A DNA stretch of 37,856 nucleotides from Actinomycetota bacterium (GTDB taxonomy: Bacteria > Actinomycetota > Actinomycetes > Streptosporangiales > Streptosporangiaceae). Of this stretch, positions 35,708 through 37,856 are shown in pieces. Made by a program: the position numbers and the translations under genes. The stretch lies in NCBI GenBank assembly GCA_003541285.1, contig DPMS01000234.1:12559-50414 (forward strand), given 5' to 3'. Numbering within the stretch: position 1 is the stretch's first letter; every line of letters begins with the position of its first letter. The notes beneath the pieces were generated by a model. It saw only the letters and a list, made by a program, of their open reading frames with translations. It had not been told where the DNA came from and searched no databases.

Positions 35708-36544
35708 ATGAGCCAGCTCCTTATCTGGCGGCCTGAGCTCGGCAAGTGGGTGAGCTGCCCGGCCGACCAGATCACGTGGCTGGACCGGAGCCTGCTCAGC
35801 GGCAACCGGGACCTCACCCTGCACCGCCCTCCGCGGTGTGCTGGCCTCCGCTACGTCCACCATCAGTGGGAGCTGTTCAGCCGCGACACCACCCACGAGG
35901 TGTACCTGGCGCCACATGAGGACGAGACGCCGCTGGATCACCAGGCGGTGCAGCTGGCAGCCCGGCACGTTCTGCCGGTGGCACCGGCCCAGCACTACGA
36001 GACACTGCCGGTCGTGCTCGAGAACGGGGCCTGGCTGGTGAGCGTCGGCACCTGGGTGCTGCCGCTGCGGCTGGAGGCGCCGGCCCGCCGCGGCACCCAG
36101 CCAGCCGCGCCGCACGGCAGTGAGCAGCCGCCCACCCAGGAGGAGCGGGTCCGGGTGGCCAGGCGGGGCAGCCCGCCCCGGCCGGAGGCGGCGGCCGACG
36201 TGCGCGCCTGGTTCGACCGCAACGGCACCGCCCGGATGGCGATGGCCCTTCACTACCAGGAGTACATCCTCGGACTGCCTGCCCCGCAGCCGGTGCCGAT
36301 GATGGAAGTCGCCATCGCCCTGGACCTGAGCGGCGAAGGCGCGGTCTCCGACTACAAGAAGCTGCTGCAGGACTTCATCTGGGCCGAACGCGGTCACCCC
36401 CGGCAACTGGCGGAGTTCCTGCTCGCCAACGGGCTGCTGACGCGTGCTGACCTGGAGCTCGCCCGGAAGACCGCGGTGGCCAACGAGCGCAGTGGCAAGA
36501 GCGAGCTGACCCGGCAGCGGCTTCAGTACCTGAAGAAGAAGTAG
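35708..36544 (+). CDS. Hypothetical protein, possibly a degenerate FHA-like domain plus a C-terminal HTH-like region
   Basis: GC-rich third codon positions and a GGGAG RBS. Beta-rich N-terminal half; helical C-terminus MMEVAIALDLSGEGAVSDYKKLL...QLAEFLLANGLLTRADL. Confidence 0.6.
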   Translation: MSQLLIWRPELGKWVSCPADQITWLDRSLLSGNRDLTLHRPPRCAGLRYVHHQWELFSRDTTHEVYLAPHEDETPLDHQAVQLAARHVLPVAPAQHYETLPVVLENGAWLVSVGTWVLPLRLEAPARRGTQPAAPHGSEQPPTQEERVRVARRGSPPRPEAAADVRAWFDRNGTARMAMALHYQEYILGLPAPQPVPMMEVAIALDLSGEGAVSDYKKLLQDFIWAERGHPRQLAEFLLANGLLTRADLELARKTAVANERSGKSELTRQRLQYLKKK

Positions 36545-36576
36545 CGTCCCGGCGTGCCCGCGGACTGACCGGGGCG

Positions 36577-37854
36577 CTACTGGCCCAGTTCCCGGACCTG
36601 CTGAAGACTGTGATCGTGCAACTGGCCGGGCGGGTACGGGGCAAGACCGTGTTCTTCGAGCCGGTCCCGGCATTGTGGCTGCTCAGGCCGGTGGGCCTGG
36701 CGTTGCGCACGGACTACCGATAGGCACATGACGCCGAGCGGGCCGGCGACGAAGATGGAGGCCTCGAAGATGCCATGAGCGCGGCTCAGGAGACCGAGGC
36801 CGAGGGCGGTCGGGATGAAGATTCCGTAGCCGATGGTGCTGACCACCGACGAGGCCCCGGCCCTGATGTTCGACGGCATCGCCTCCTGCAGGTAGCGGGT
36901 CAAGGCGATGTTGAGGACCGTGATCCCCATGATCGTGGCCACCTGAGCGCCGATCACCACGACCGGGATCCTGACGAACAGGCCGCTGGAGACCGCGAGG
37001 GTGCCGAATCCGGCCACCAGCACCGTGCGCCCGCCCCGCAACCTGCCGGCGAGGGCACCGCCACTCCACGTCCCCGAATGCAGAAGCGCGCAACTGGGTC
37101 CGTACCAGATCGCGGGCAGGGCCAGGCCGAGGTACCAGAGCTGGCTGAATTCGATCAGCAGGCGCATGGCCACGCAGTTGGCCACCAGGCCGACGACGAT
37201 CCAGGCGACATCGGCCTTGGTCGCGCCGCGCAGTATCTGGCCGAGGTGAGCCGACAGATGCGCTTTGGCGGCCTTGCGGTGCAGGCTGGGCTCGCGGAAC
37301 CGGTGCAAGGTTACGAACGCGCAGCACGTGAACGGAATCGTCAGGAAGTATTCGAGCTGCAGGCTGGCGAACCGCGCGACGCCCGCGCTGAGCAGTGCAC
37401 TCGTGATGAACGCCGCTGAGTCGAACATCTGCAGGCGGCCGTAGAAGTGCTCGAAGCTGTCAGCCGAGCCCGTCTCCTCGACAACCACGTCGTAGATCGC
37501 CGAGTCGTAGGTCCCTGCGTACGCCGCATAGAAAAGGCCCCAGGCCGACAGCCCGGCGGCGTACATCACGAGACCGTGGCTGAGCCCGCATACCAGGGAA
37601 CTGGCGATGAGCGCGCAGGTGGCGAGGTTGAGCACTCCCTTACGGCTCCACCGGTCAGCAAGAATGCCGAGCGGGATGTTAGCTGTCATCATGACCACGA
37701 TGTAGACAAGCGTGGCGATGGTTATGAGGTAATCATTCAGGCCCATGGACCGCATGAAGAGTTTCTCGATCGAATACCACAGCACGAAGCCATGAATGAA
37801 TCCGGTCGCGTAAAGGGGCCGTAGCCGCGTTTCGATGGGCCGGGCTGCCAGTGT
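36577..37854 (-). CDS. MFS transporter, 5'-partial
   Basis: About 12 TM segments, motif A GILADRWSRK and PSNIRAGASS. The frame stays open to the window edge (TLAARPIETRLRPLYATGFIHGFVLWY). Confidence 0.9.
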   Translation of the reverse strand, partial: TLAARPIETRLRPLYATGFIHGFVLWYSIEKLFMRSMGLNDYLITIATLVYIVVMMTANIPLGILADRWSRKGVLNLATCALIASSLVCGLSHGLVMYAAGLSAWGLFYAAYAGTYDSAIYDVVVEETGSADSFEHFYGRLQMFDSAAFITSALLSAGVARFASLQLEYFLTIPFTCCAFVTLHRFREPSLHRKAAKAHLSAHLGQILRGATKADVAWIVVGLVANCVAMRLLIEFSQLWYLGLALPAIWYGPSCALLHSGTWSGGALAGRLRGGRTVLVAGFGTLAVSSGLFVRIPVVVIGAQVATIMGITVLNIALTRYLQEAMPSNIRAGASSVVSTIGYGIFIPTALGLGLLSRAHGIFEASIFVAGPLGVMCLSVVRAQRQAHRPEQPQCRDRLEEHGLAPYPPGQLHDHSLQQVRELGQ

Positions 37855-37856
37855 GC

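Noticed and set aside
1..37856. CRISPR arrays, tRNA/rRNA genes, IS elements, integrases or att-like direct repeats around the TIR operon
   Set aside because: None was recognised by eye. Short att sites or small RNAs could be missed without tRNAscan, Rfam or repeat-finding tools.

Overview
High-GC window whose genes look actinobacterial. Left to right: the 3' part of a probable 2OG-Fe(II) oxygenase-family gene; a DUF1778/GNAT toxin-antitoxin remnant; recD2; an NTF2/SnoaL remnant; a GT-A glycosyltransferase; a GntR-associated catabolic operon (APC permease, SDR, ALDH, fold-III PLP enzyme, threonine-synthase-like enzyme, RidA, GntR); a kinase/class-III aminotransferase fusion; and a DUF4011 SF1 helicase that lacks its usual C-terminal nuclease tail. 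Divergent from the helicase is the most unusual feature, a tightly coupled four-gene operon (22804-30130): a TIR domain fused to a STAND ATPase with a degenerate P-loop, a second STAND ATPase with an intact P-loop and TPR-like repeats, a radical SAM/SPASM enzyme with a Cys-rich N-terminal extension, and an orphan GalT-family nucleotidyltransferase. The right end holds a DUF998-like membrane protein, an SPFH remnant, cspA plus a DEAD-box helicase, a STAS protein, a Ser/Thr kinase remnant, two FHA-type genes and a partial MFS transporter. I saw no rRNA, tRNA, CRISPR array, integrase or transposase. All family calls come from motif recognition by eye, not from database searches.
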